A stretch of 64,000 bases of DNA from positions 188,790,001 through 188,854,000 of the forward strand of contig OX597815.1 in NCBI GenBank assembly GCA_951406725.2. The letters run 5' to 3'. How positions within the stretch are numbered: the stretch's first letter is position 1; every line of letters starts with the position of its first letter. This document shows, in pieces, positions 23,711-39,505 of the stretch. The translations under genes were made by a program, and so were the position numbers. A model generated the notes under the pieces. The model searched no databases. It was given only the letters and a program-made list of their open reading frames with translations, and was not told the origin of the DNA. Source of the DNA: Octopus vulgaris. Its lineage: Eukaryota.

Positions 23711-24164
23711 ACCATCTTTCCTTTAACTTGAAAATACCCTCTTCCCAGAATTGAGGTGGTTTCATGGCAAAGAATTCATCAAGGAATCTTTTTATGTCAT
23801 CCAAGGAACTGAAATTTTTACCATTAGGTCTATTCTGCAGAGACCTGAATAAGTGGAAATCCAAAGGAGCAATATCTTGTGAATATGGAGGGTGGGGTAA
23901 CACATCCCAGCCAAGCTGCAGCAATTTTTGTCTGGTTCCCAAAGCATCAAGTGCCGAAAATGAACTTTCATATCTTCCATTTTAAAGAGTTACAAAATTA
24001 ACACAGGTTTTATAGGAATATAAACCTTCTTCCAGGAAAAGATAGCTTAAACCATGCTCTAAGTGGAGGTGTAGTCAAATCCTATTTTATGGACTCAACC
24101 ATGTTCTAAAATAAGTCGAAATGTAAGCTACTATAAATCGGCACGAACTTTCCAGACAACCCAA
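23711..24164 (-). mobile_element. Internally deleted mariner transposon
   Basis: N-terminus MEDMKVHFRHLML joined to LGWDVLPHPPYSQDIAPLDFHLFRSLQN...FWEEGIFKLKERW; TIR TTGGGTTGTCTGGAAAGTTCGTGCCG; sits inside a SINE (23510-24550). Confidence 0.9.
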
Positions 24165-24338
24165 CACTTCATTTTGATTTGTTACCATTTTGTGACAACC
24201 CTGGTGTTCTCTCATGAATGTGAATAAAAAGCAGCAACACTATTTGATACAACTTTCTTCTACTAATAGTATGAAATGCAAGCTTATTGCTGAGCAATAT
24301 CTATTTATTTTGATATATGTATTTCATGGATATTTTTT

Positions 24339-24440
24339 GGAGGTGTAGTCAAATCCTATTTTATGGACTCAACCATGTTCTAAAATAAGTCGAAAGGTAA
24401 GCTATTATAAATCGGCACGAACTTTCTGGACAACCCAATA
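24339..24440 (-). repeat. Second copy of the mariner 5' end
   Basis: Near-identical to 24065-24164. Confidence 0.9.
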
Positions 24441-27400
24441 CATTTAGGGTACACATGTCTGTGGAGGGCTCAGCCACTTGCATGTTAATTTCATGAGGTG
24501 GTTGTTCCATTGATCAAATCAAACAGAACCCTTTGTCATTGTAACCAAACATGAGAACTAGAAGAAATTACATTCTGAAATGCTGGTAATTTCGATGGGT
24601 TGTGGCAAGGATTTTTGCTTAGTGAATATTTTGTGCTGGTGCTCTGCTTACCTTGCAACTCATTTTAAAATTTGAATATTTTTTCTTGAGGAAAAACCTT
24701 TTGCATTTTACTGAAACAGTATGATGTATGTTTTAACACATACTGCGTATTTTGTGACACCAACCACACTAGACACTTTAATATTTGCAGGATATGGTTA
24801 GTGAGTTGCATCTCAAGTGCAACGATTCATGATAATTTTTGCATTACACTGATGCTATGGTCTGTTTGATCTTCCTGTTACAGAATGAGAAGATGAGGAA
24901 AAATGTATAATGTCTAGTACATCCATGGTGTGAATCAAATGTTATTGTTTTATTAGCATCTAATCACGGTCACCCTGCCTTTATGTTGAATATATTATCC
25001 TAAGAGTTTAGCATCATGTTTGTAGTTCTGCTTTTCAAGATGATAAGGAAGGAGATTCTTCTGCTGTAATATTGGCACATCAAACAATTATATAGAAAAA
25101 TCCCTTTATTAGCTCACGCTGATAATGTTTTCTGACATGTTATCACATTTAAGTATCTATCACACTTTATACTTCTGATAATATTTTTTTCTTATTTAGC
25201 AATGCATTCAGTGTTTGTTAATACAGGGAGTTTGACTACAAAAATAACAATGACAACATTTATTATATTGATTATGATGCAATAACATTCTAAGCATTAA
25301 GCTCTGTTATCTATGAAACTATTTTCCCTAGATCAAAATCAGCAGCTAGTGATGTTAAACTGCAAAGAAATTCACTTTTCCTTAGAACCTCCACTTTGAA
25401 TTATTCAGAGTTATGGCTCACAACTTTTCATGGAATGCCACATAAAAATGATTGCGGAGTTATCTTCTTGGCAAACAGATTGGTGATGGATTGGCAAAAA
25501 TTGTTAGAATATCAGACACACAGCGCTTATTTATTTATGGTCCTTTACATGCTGTGGTCAAATCTCACTGAGATTAACTTCGCTTTTATCCTTCAGGGTG
25601 TTGATAAAAATAATGTACCAGTCAAGTACTAGGGGTGATTTATAGTCTTATAATGCAACCTAGATGTCATCATGATCATCATCGTTTAACATCTGCTCTC
25701 CATGCTAGCATGGGTTGGACGATTTTGACTGAGAGCTGGTGAACTAGATGGTTGCACCAGGCTTCAATCTTGATCTGGTGAGGTTTCTACAGCTGGATGC
25801 CCTTCCTAACGCCAACCACTCCGAGAGTGTAGTGGATGCTTTTTAAGTGCCACCAGCACCTGCCAGTAAGGCGACACTGGCAACGATCACGCTTGAATGG
25901 TGCCTTTTAAGTGCCACTGGCATGGAAGCCGGTTAGCTGCTCTGTCAATGATCACACTCGTGGAACTATTTGATAGAAAAACAAGACAATCTAGTTTCAA
26001 CCATTTCATAAACGATTTCTGATCTGCAACTTACCAGACAAAAAGTAAAATATAACAACATTGTATATTTCCTTATGTAATAAAGTTAAGTAGAGGAAAA
26101 AATGCATTCAAGTAAATATTTGGTACCAACAGGAGCTTAAGAATAGTTACCAAAGAGAATAACAGTAAAATCAAAATTCTACTCTTATTCTTTTGGTTTA
26201 CTTTACTTTCACTTGTCGTAAACAATTAACAAAGCAGACAGTTAAAATTGAGGTTAAGTGAGATACTTTTATCACACCAAACCTTACATTGGTAAAATGG
26301 ATTTTATAATGATATATTATTGCTAGTTCATCATAACATCATAAGTTTAGAGCAGCCAACTGGCTTCCATACCCATGGCACGTAAAAGGGCACCATTCGG
26401 GCATGATCATTACCAATGACGCTTCACTGGCACCTGTGCCGGTGGCACTTGTAAAAAGATTCGAGCGAGGTCATTGCCAGTACCTATTTCTTTACTACCC
26501 ACAAGGGGCTAAACACAGAAGGGACAAACAAGGACAGACAAATGGATTAAGTCAATTATATCGACCCCAGTGCGTAACTGGTACTTAATTTATTGATCCC
26601 GAAAGGATGAAAGGCAAAGCTGACCTCGGCGATATTTTAACTCAGAACATAATGGCAGATGAAATACGGCTACGCATTTTGCCTGCCACGCTAACGGTTC
26701 TGCCAGCTTGCCGCCTTTCATTGCCAGCACCGCCTGACTGGCACCCATGCTGGTGGCACGTAAAAAGCACCCACTACACTCTCGGAGTGGTTGGCATTAG
26801 GAAGGGCATCCAGCTGTAGAAACTCTGCCAGATCAAGATTGGAGCCTGGTGCAGCCATCTGGCTCACCAGCCCTCAGTCAAAATCGTCCAACCCATGCTA
26901 GCATGGAAAGCGGACGTTAAACGATGATGAACGATTCACATAGATCATTAAAAGAATGCAAATGTTCCACAGAAAACGTTCCAAATAAAGATATTTTAGC
27001 AGTCTATCTAAAACCATCAGGAAAGTAAAATAATTGTACGGAATATCAGTTCAATGTTTCAACAAGATTACTAAAAGGAATTTCAATGCTGGGAAAAAAA
27101 ATTTACTTTTGTTTGTTTCCCGTTTTAAATACGATTGTGATAGTGATTGCAGGTTACTTCTCATGATCAGAGTTTTCACTCACTTCTGTTGCATTATAAA
27201 TATATCTGAGATCAGCTTACAAAATTCTCCTTCATGAATTCCAATTACATTGTTTACTTGCCACAGGTGTGTGTGTGTATACACACACACACACACACAC
27301 ACGTATGTATATATGCATTATACATACATATATATACACACATATATATATTTATGTACACATACATATGTATATACGCACAGGTATAGAGATATATGTG

Positions 27401-27512
27401 TGTGTATATATATATATATATATACACATGCATAAATATATATATGACTATATATATGTGTATATATATATATACATCATACATATATACATATATATAT
27501 GTATACATGTGT

Positions 27513-27553
<41 letters not shown>

Positions 27554-28574
27554 GTAAGAATAATCTCAGTAATTCAGTCAGAAATAAAATATATAAAAAT
27601 AATAATAATAATAACACTATGCAGTAAGAAAGCAGCAAGAAAGAAATTGCTTCCAATTTACTTTACCAAGAACAGATATCAAGTTAGAATAGCTTTTAAA
27701 AAGATACATGAAAAAAAAAATAATAATAATAATAAAATAAAAAAATACAAAGAAATTCCACCATTTTTGCCTCCCCAATTTCGGTTTTGTTTGTTTTTTT
27801 GGTATGTTACATTAATTTATTGAGCAAAAACACCAGTTGGTTAATGGAAAAATAGAAATTAATTGATTATTTTATAGAGATAATATTTCCTCGTGGAGAA
27901 TCGTACAAAGATCCAAAATAAGTTTCACAGAGTTAGGTATTCTCAAACACTTCGGGAAAATTATCTCAATCAAAAGATATTCTGATTACGTTCTTTCTGT
28001 GCAGCTGAATGAAACAAATAATTAGTTAAATTTTTTTTTTTTTTTGTTACACGTAAATCTGTTAACTCTAACCATGAGTGAGATTGAAAAGTCAATGAAG
28101 TAGCAATTTTAGCAACCTAAAGCTAATATTAGAAGCTGTATAAGAAGTAAGTAAATTAGAAAATCGTATGTAGATCACATACTGTACGCATGTTGATACA
28201 TATGATGTTGAGATAAAGAAATGGAAATGGAAACCATACGTTTGTAAAAGCATTTGCTGTATTTATTTTATTAACTATGAAATAAATGAAATAGAATTTT
28301 TGAGAGAGAATTACAAAACGTTTTCGTTTATTTATAGGCCGAAACTAAATACAGTGGGAAGCTGGATGAATGAATGATTGATTTAAAATTTGAAAAAAAA
28401 ACAAAAAAAAAAACGGAATGGATAAAATCGTAATAGATATGTGCAACATTGACGGCCACTGCAGACTATCTTGAGAATGCCTCTCTGTTATGGTCACCAC
28501 CACCAGCACCACCACCACCGCCATCATCACCACCATCCCTGCTGCCGCCACCACCACCACCACCACCACAAACG

Positions 28575-28740
28575 AATGATTCTTTTTCTATTATCTCCCC
28601 TTGTTCAGACCGGTCGATGTAACGGAGCATCTTTTGGTAGAAGCTATCGCAGTGTTCATGAGTTATTTCATCGAACTTTTCAGATATCAATTGGTGGGCT
28701 CTACTGGACAAGTTAGATAAGATAGACATGTATTCCCTTA
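28575..28740 (-). pseudogene. Possible Tc1/IS630-like transposase C-terminal relic
   Basis: LISEKFDEITHEHCDSFYQKMLRYIDRSEQGEII resembles the IT.E.C..F..M..Y..R...E.I end of Tc1-like transposases. Confidence 0.35.
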
Positions 28741-29182
28741 CGGCTGATGTAGTTTAACTCTTTTTTTTTTTCAAGGCTTGAGCACCAATTGAAAAATTCA
28801 AATTTGCTTGCAAAGAATTCAAATTTGACGGCAAAGAATCCAAACTAGATTGAAAACATCTACATTTTATTGACCCCAAAAGGATGAAAGGCAAAGTCGA
28901 CCTAGGTGGAATTAGAACTCAGAATATAAAGACAGATGAAATACTGCCAAGCACTTGCTTTAATAATGACAATTACAATAATATTGGTTTCAAATTTTGG
29001 CACAAGGCCAGCAATTTAAGGGGGGGTAAGTTGATTACATCGACCCCAGTATTCATCAGCTACTTATTTTTTTGATCTCAAAAAGATGAAGGGCAAAGTG
29101 GACCCCAGCAACATAAAGTCAGAAGAAATGCTGCTAAGCATTTTGCCCAGCGTGCAATAATTCTGTCAGCTTGTTGTCTTAA

Positions 29183-31716
<2,534 letters not shown>

Positions 31717-31838
31717 TAATATGTAGCATGGTCTGTATGTGTTATTTTACAATTTATAATTTTATAATTGTACAATGAATTTGTCTTGTCACCAGCTGTT
31801 TGAAATTAATCAGTCTAATTTTATTATATATGTGTGTG

Positions 31839-31904
<66 letters not shown>

Positions 31905-32878
31905 CATATATATACATATACATACATATAGTAACCGAATAATTGTCACATATATTACAGATATATATTACAGATATATATATATATATATATATATATC
32001 ATCTGCTAATACTTTGCATGTACCACGTCCTTGCATTGTTGTTTTTTCTTGCATTTGTTCTTTGTTTTTTTTGGGATACACATCTATATATATATATATG
32101 TTGGTACCTTGAGTAAGTTGCAAGAAGTAAATCAAAGTGCATAATAGAAATATTAAATATGCAAATCATATGAAATAAAAGTAGGACAGACAGGGCAGAA
32201 GAGAAGAATTACTTTATTGATATTATATCCCAGCAAAAGTAGATATGATGAAAGTAATGGAATGGAATTGCTTCACATTCTGTCACTACTATATTGTTCT
32301 GAATTGATTATGAATCTCTTTCAAAGTAAAAGAAGCACTTGACTTCAAGCAGAAATATGGAAATAGCCACTTCTGTATAAAATAGAGAAACCTGGCAATT
32401 TCCTGTTTCCATAGCATAATATTTCTTAAGAAAGACAGTTTTCCCTGTAAGTGGGGGGAAGGCAACGAAAAAGATTTATGCATTGACCTAGAAGGCAAAT
32501 GAAAGCAAAATATGTGCATGATTGTCAGATGGAATAAAGTGTAAATACAAATACAAAATATATAAGAGCAGAGAATATCTGCATACTTATAACTTTTAGC
32601 ATGAACAAAAATTGACTTTAAATGTATCTTTACTATCTACCTAACAGTATGTTTATCTATCTGCCTAGCTACCTGACTGGCTGACAGACTGGCTGGCTGA
32701 CTGACTGACTGACACTCTGTTTAGCTGTATGTTCCTTTACTTTTTCTTTTATATACATGAAACTATTGAGAAGCACACAAACATTATACATACATACATA
32801 TATATATTTTGTATATAGAAATTTTTATTAATCGTTATAGTTGTAGTAATGATTTATGTGTGTGTGTGCTTATTTATA

Positions 32879-32915
<37 letters not shown>

Positions 32916-33818
32916 ATGTATATATATATATATAGACAAGTACCTCCTGTTATCACTATGTTGAATATTTGTTATCAGGTTACTTGTTTATAATTATATA
33001 CATTGTTATATATTGTATTAAACATAATTCTAGATATCAGACAGCCTAATGTGTATGTATGTGTGTGTGTGTGTGTGTGTCTGTCTGTGTGTCTGTGTGA
33101 CGTCAAATACAACAACATAAGAAACAAATTAACATTAAATCCAGCAGCAGTTATCTGCATATGTAATATATTATATATAAATATATTTTAATATCAACAT
33201 TATAATACGGCTTTCAAAGCTCCTCTGCAGTTATTGGCTAGCCTATGTTACCTTGTATATTCTTTTAATGGATATACATGTGGAAATTTATTAATATCCA
33301 GCTGTGATCCTAGTGATTGCTCAACAGTAAGTGAATAATACAAAAGTAATTATAACTGTATTTAATTGAATCTAAAAATAAAATTCATCATTATAGTTGC
33401 ATGAGTGGCTGTGCGGTAAGAAACTTGCTTCTCAACCACATGGTTCTGGGTTCAGTCTCACTGCGTGGCACCTTGGGCAAGTGTCTTCTACTACAGCCTC
33501 GCACCATTCAAAGCCCATGTATTTGTGTATCTGTGTTTGGCCCCCACACCATTGCTTGACAACTGATGCTGGTGTGTTTACATCCCTGTAACTTAGCGGT
33601 TCGGTAAAAGTGACCAATTGGATAAGTACTCAGCTTACAAAGAATAAGTCCTGGGGCCAATTTGTTTGACTAAAGGTGGTGCTCCAGCATGGCTGCAGTC
33701 AAAATGACTGAAAAAAGTAAAAGAATAAAAGAATTATTATCAATCAAATCCATCACCATTCTCCCAGTGTTTGGCAAAAGCTTCATCCTTTTCTCTCCAT
33801 TACTTTTAGCTATGGGTA

Positions 33819-34019
33819 TGTAGCATACGCTTAGGGAAATTCCTCTCTATGGACGTAGTAGATAACAGCTAGCCTTCGGCCGCCCTTAAACATTTTACCC
33901 GGTTGTGTCTCTCTTTTCCTTCTGGCACTTATACACATTTATCCTTTTATGTTTATTGTATCGACCGGGTGGTGTACTAAAGGAGCCATTCTCATCACCT
34001 CTTTGCACGGTCGTTTACA
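33819..34019. mobile_element. Solo LTR, 201 bp (Gypsy-like)
   Basis: TGTA...TACA termini, 4-bp TSD GGTA (33815-33818, 34020-34023), CpG-rich relative to flanks. Confidence 0.75.
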
Positions 34020-34339
34020 GGTACTTAATCTGCAACTTTTGCCAAATGTGGGTTGTGCACCATTCTCTGCCTTGCCTGCGAATTTGTGCGGCTTAGTGGT
34101 TGGGGTATCCAGCTTATGATTATAAGATCAGGAGTTTCAGAACTGGTAGCACCTCGTACCATTGAGTAAGACACTTTGTTTCACATTACTTCAGTCCACT
34201 CAACAGGTGAAAATGTGTTGTACCTGTATTTCAAAGGGCCAGCCCTTGTTACATACTGTGTGATGCTGAATCTCTCTGGGAACTACGCTGGAGGTCCATG
34301 CATCTGTGAAGTGCTTATCATGTATCTATCGATCTATCT

Positions 34340-34400
34340 CTCTATGTATGTATGTATGTATGTATGTATATATGTGTGTATGTATGTATGTATGTATGTA

Positions 34401-34431
<31 letters not shown>

Positions 34432-34716
34432 GTATGCATTCATGTATTACGTATGTATGTGTGTATGTATGCATGTATGTAGGTATTATGTATGTATGTA
34501 ATGTATGTATGTATGTATGTATGTATGTATGTATGTGTGTGTGTATGTATGTATGTATGCATACATATATTACATATGTATGTGTGTATGTATGCATGTA
34601 TGTAGGTATTATGTATGTAATGTATGCATGTATGTATGTATGTATGTATGTATTTATGTATGTATGTATGTATGTATGTATGTATGTATGTATGTATGTA
34701 TGTATGTATGTATGTG
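34340..34716. repeat. (TATG)n array with internal block duplication
   Basis: ATTAC...GCATGTATGTAGGTATTATGTATGTA occurs twice (about 34446 and 34569). Confidence 0.9.
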
Positions 34717-35175
34717 TGTCAGGCATGTGCTATCAGTAATTACTCAGGGTAGGCAGTTGGTAACCTTTATGTAGTAAAACACAAAAAATAAGTGAAACAC
34801 AGGTGCACGACTGAGTTGAAGGCAGATTGACTTCTGCCTTTATAACATGTAAAGAAAACGATGTTGTAGGAATGTACGCAGCACATGTACTACAGCAGTC
34901 CTATGTGTAGCCTTAATACCGAGATTGAAAGGCAGTTGCGAATTATGCCTACATAATGTACAAAAACATAAAATAATAATAAGATATTTTGTATCTTATG
35001 CATAATAATTAGATTAACCTTCATATTTTTATTGAAATAGGTGCACCTTCAGCAGGTGCTTTCTATTATAGCCTTGCACTGACAAAAGCCTTGTGAGTGG
35101 ATCTGGTAGACAGAAACTGAAAGAAGCCTGTTGTATATATATATATATATATATATATGTGCATATGTATATATG

Positions 35176-35224
<49 letters not shown>

Positions 35225-35239
35225 TATATAAATATACAT

Positions 35240-35273
<34 letters not shown>

Positions 35274-35291
35274 GTAGATAGATAGATAGAT

Positions 35292-35330
<39 letters not shown>

Positions 35331-36077
35331 TAGATATATATATGTATATGTATGTATTAGTGTGTCTGTGTTAGTCCCACCACCACCACCACCACCACCA
35401 CCATCACTTGACAATTGATTTTGGTGTGTTTACGTCCCCGTAACTTAGCAGTTCAGCAAAAGATACCAACAGAATAAGTACTAGGCTTACAGAGAATAAG
35501 TCCTGGTGTCGATTTTTCGACTAAAGACGGTGCTCCACCATGGCCATGGTCACGTGACTGAAGCAAGAAAAAGAATAAAAGAATATATATTTGAAAGTCA
35601 ATGAAAATTACTTAAAACAGTTTTTGAAGTGTACAGGGGATTTTCTTTCTCTTAAATTATTTTTTTAAAAAAATGTTATGAAATCTATTTTGAAGATGTT
35701 ACTAAACTCTTTTGGGAAGAAGATGTTTCACATGAAGATCTCAATGGTGTGAAACACAAGTCATAAAACAATCTCCCAGCTTTGGTTTCAATGAAATGTA
35801 TGCATTAAGGTGGCGAGCTGGCAGAAACGTTAGCACGCCAGGCATTTTGTCTGTCTTTACATTCTGAGTTCAAATTCCGCCAAGGTCGACTTTGCCTTTC
35901 ATCCTTTTGGGGGTTGAAAAATTAAGTACCAGTTGCACACTGGGGTCGATCTCATTGACTGGCCCCCTCCTCCAAAATTTCAGGCCTTTTGCCTAAAGTA
36001 GAAATGATCATAGTAAGGCAGCAAGCTGGCAGAATCGTTAGCAAGCCGGGCAAAATCCTTAGCAGTATTTTGTCTGT

Positions 36078-36710
36078 CAAGAATGCCCTAATCTTTACCA
36101 TATTTTACATGTTGGAGATGAACTTCTCTGCTTGAACAAAGTCACTGTTGATTCTATATCTTGGTTAAAATCCCTTATAAAAAAATCAAATCAGTTTGAT
36201 TTGGAAATCAAAAGAATACCAAAGGGACAATTTCTTTTCTTTTCTTTCTTTCACTTGTTTCAGTCATTTGACTGCGGCCATGCTGGAGTACCGCCTTTAG
36301 TCGAGCAACTCGACCCCGGGACTTATTCTTTTGTAAGCCCAATGCTTATTCTATTGGTCTCTTTTGCCGAACCGCTAAGTAACGGGGACATAAGCACACC
36401 AGCATCGGTTGTCAAGCAATGCTAGGGGACAAATACAGACACACAAATACACACTCGCATACATATATATACATATATACGACGGGCTTCTTTCAGTTTC
36501 CGTCTACCAAATCCACTCACAAGGCTTTGGTCAGCCCGGGGCTATAGTAGAAGACACTTGCCCAAGGTGCCACGCAATGGGACTGAACCCGCAACCATGT
36601 GGTTGGTAGACAAGCTACTTACCGCACAGCCACTCCTGCGCCTGTATATAATCAAAAAAGAAGTGGAAGCACAGTCCCTTGGTATACAAAATGATTCCAA
36701 AACTGGAGAA
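36078..36710 (+). pseudogene. PDZ-like coding exon disrupted by a SINE B insertion (36231-36642)
   Basis: QECPNLYHILHVGDELLCLNKVTVDSISWLKSLIKKSNQFDLEIKRIPKGQ | LYIIKKEVEAQSLGIQNDSKTGE then GTGAGT donor; L.VGD.LL.LN and L.IKR fit PDZ motifs. Confidence 0.55.
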
Positions 36711-39254
36711 GTGAGTAATAAAATAATTGTTTGCCTTCCTTAATTTTTGTTATTATCATTAATGTTATTTTCTATTATCATTATTATTATTAAGGTGGCA
36801 AGCAAAATGGTGAGCTGGTTGAATTGTTAGCATACTGGACACAATGCTTAGGAGTATTTCATCTGTTGTTAAATTCTGAGTTCAAATTCTGTCAAGGTCA
36901 ACTTTGTCTTTCATCCTTTCAGGGTTGATAAATGATCGACAGGCCCCCTCCACCAAAATTTCGGGCCTTGTGCCCAGAGTAGAAAAGAATAAAAAGTATG
37001 TATTCATATTCAAACAGTGACAATGTAAGACTCTAGGGGTTTGTTGTGTCGTGTTGATTGTGAGGAGACTATATTCCATTCTTGATGCCACAAAACGATG
37101 GCCATAGCAGAGATACCTTTGTAAGTTTGTTTAATAAGGGCTGACATGGAGTTCAACAATAAATAGATACAAATATTTGAATACAGTCCTCAGTTACCAA
37201 TATAAATTATTTCCGGCTGCAAAGTTGATTTACCTGTAGTGTATCTCTTAGCTTCAATTATAAATATCTAGAAAATCACGTTGATTGAAGTCAATTCATT
37301 GCAGCAATAGGATATTTGTCTTTCCAAACAATAATTTTTTTGTCCTGTTCATTCTTAAACATTCACCCTCATTTACTACAAAGGCAATACATGTTGAGTC
37401 TATCCTTTGAATGGGAGACAAAAAATATTTCAAATCAAGTATGCTTAAATGAAGTGATTAATGTATGAAATATTTCTCAGAGAATGGCATGAGAAATGAA
37501 GGGCAATGTCTTAAAACAAAAAAAACAAAAAAACTGTTGAAGCTTTCTAACATATTGCACTGAGATCAAGAATATGAGTAATATCAAAGTAGATTTGAAG
37601 AAATATCTTGAAACTGTTAAAAGCAGAATAGTAAGATAAGATGGTATTTGATGATGCTGTCAAACACGGAGATCTAGCGATTGTAGTTTTTTATGACATA
37701 GTTGATGGAGCGAAAATAGGTAGAATCTAGGTGAAAAGAAATAACTATGTTTCAGAAACAAATGGCATTACATGCACAGAAGATTAACAGATATTCTAAT
37801 AAAATGTGATGGAATAACAACTTACTTTGTTAAACCAGGACACACAAAAAAAAAAAAAAATGAGGCAAAAAATGGAAAAAAAAAATGTTGAAGTGGAGTG
37901 TTCTCAAAAATACATTGAAACATTCTTTATAGAATTTTCAGAATTAGAAATTCAGAAATACACATCTGGTTTCTGCCAAAGTAAAAAAAAAAAGAAACAG
38001 AAAAGAATAAGCAAAGAGAAACCAAACATTGACAATAATGGTTTCTTACAGTATTTTCTCTTGAGATTTTCAGATGAAATTTTTTTTTTATATACATATA
38101 TGTAAGCTAAATCTTCTATTTTGAAGCAGCTAAATTACAGCACAAAACCCCTACTTTTGTTTGACTCCATACATCTACTATCAATGTTTAAATGCATAGT
38201 TTCATGCTATATTCTAAAACTGATTTCTTTTTTTTCTACTTATAATACTGTCTTGAGACTGTACCTTTTATTTTGACACATTGAATTAATCTTTTCTAAA
38301 ACATATGCTTTGCTGTATTACTAAAATGAAAGAAAATAACAGAAATCTATTCAAAATTCTTTGATAGTTGTGTGTGCAATAAGATACAGGAAGAATAATT
38401 CTTCCTGATTCGAGGGTAACCAGGAGTTTCTTGATACTGTCTATGCGACTATCTTTCATTATTCTTTCTTTGGAATTTATTTAATAACCTATTTCTATTC
38501 TATTTGCTTAAAGGACATTAAACGATGGTGATGATGATGATGATAATGAGGATGATGATTTCATTGTTTATAAATCTTCGCAAACAAAGTAATTATTATT
38601 ATTGTTGTTGTTGTTATTATATCGACAGAGAGTGGGCAGAATTGCTTCTATGCTAGAGAAAATGTTTAGTGGTATTTTGTCCTGGCAGAAACGGTAGCAC
38701 GCTGGGCGAAATGCGTAGCTGTATTTCGTCTGCTGTTACGTTCTGAGTTCAAATTCCGTCAAGGTCGACTTTGCCTTTTATCCTTTCGGCGTCAATAAAT
38801 TAAGTACCAGTTGAGCAGTGGGGTCGATATAATCGACTTAATCCGTTTGTCTGTCCTTGTTTGTCCTCTCTGTGTTTAGCCCCTTGTGGGTAGTAAAGAA
38901 ATAGGTATTTTGTCCTCCTTTACATTCTGAGTTCATTTTCTGTCGAGGCCTACTTTACCTGTCATCCAAACTCCCACAAGCATTAAAGGGGGTTTGGATA
39001 TGCCTTGAAAAGAATAAGTAAACCCCAAACATTAAAGGAAGCCCCAAACATTGGGTAACAAGATGCACTGCATACATGGTACTGGTGCCATGTGAAGAGT
39101 AGTCAGCGCACTCTGTTAAATGGTTGGCAGTAAGAAGGGCACCCAGCTGTAGAAATGAAGCCAAAATAGATTATGGAACCTAGCATGGCTCCTAGCCTTT
39201 CCAGCTTCTGTCAAACTGTCCAACCCATGCCAGCATGTAATACATATGTTGAAT

Positions 39255-39287
39255 AATGATGACGATGATGATGATGATGATGGTGAA

Positions 39288-39340
<53 letters not shown>

Positions 39341-39401
39341 GGGTGATGACGATGACGACGATGATGATGATGATGGTGAAGATGATGATGATGATGACGA
39401 C

Positions 39402-39438
<37 letters not shown>

Positions 39439-39505
39439 GTGAAGATGATGATGATGATGGTGAAGATGATGATGATGATGATGACGATGATGATGATGAT
39501 GATGA
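39255..39505. repeat. Expanded (GAT)n tail of a decayed RTE UTR copy
   Basis: Follows AACCCATGCCAGCATG element end. Confidence 0.9.

Noticed and set aside
24652-24710. Minus-strand exon candidate ending AAG|GTAAGC
   Set aside because: Splice signals only; no partner exon or homology to support it.
28471-28716. His-rich ORF
   Set aside because: Derived from a (CAC)n repeat.
37640-37720. Ankyrin-like DAVKHGDLAIVVF
   Set aside because: Single partial motif, nearby stops and no exon structure.
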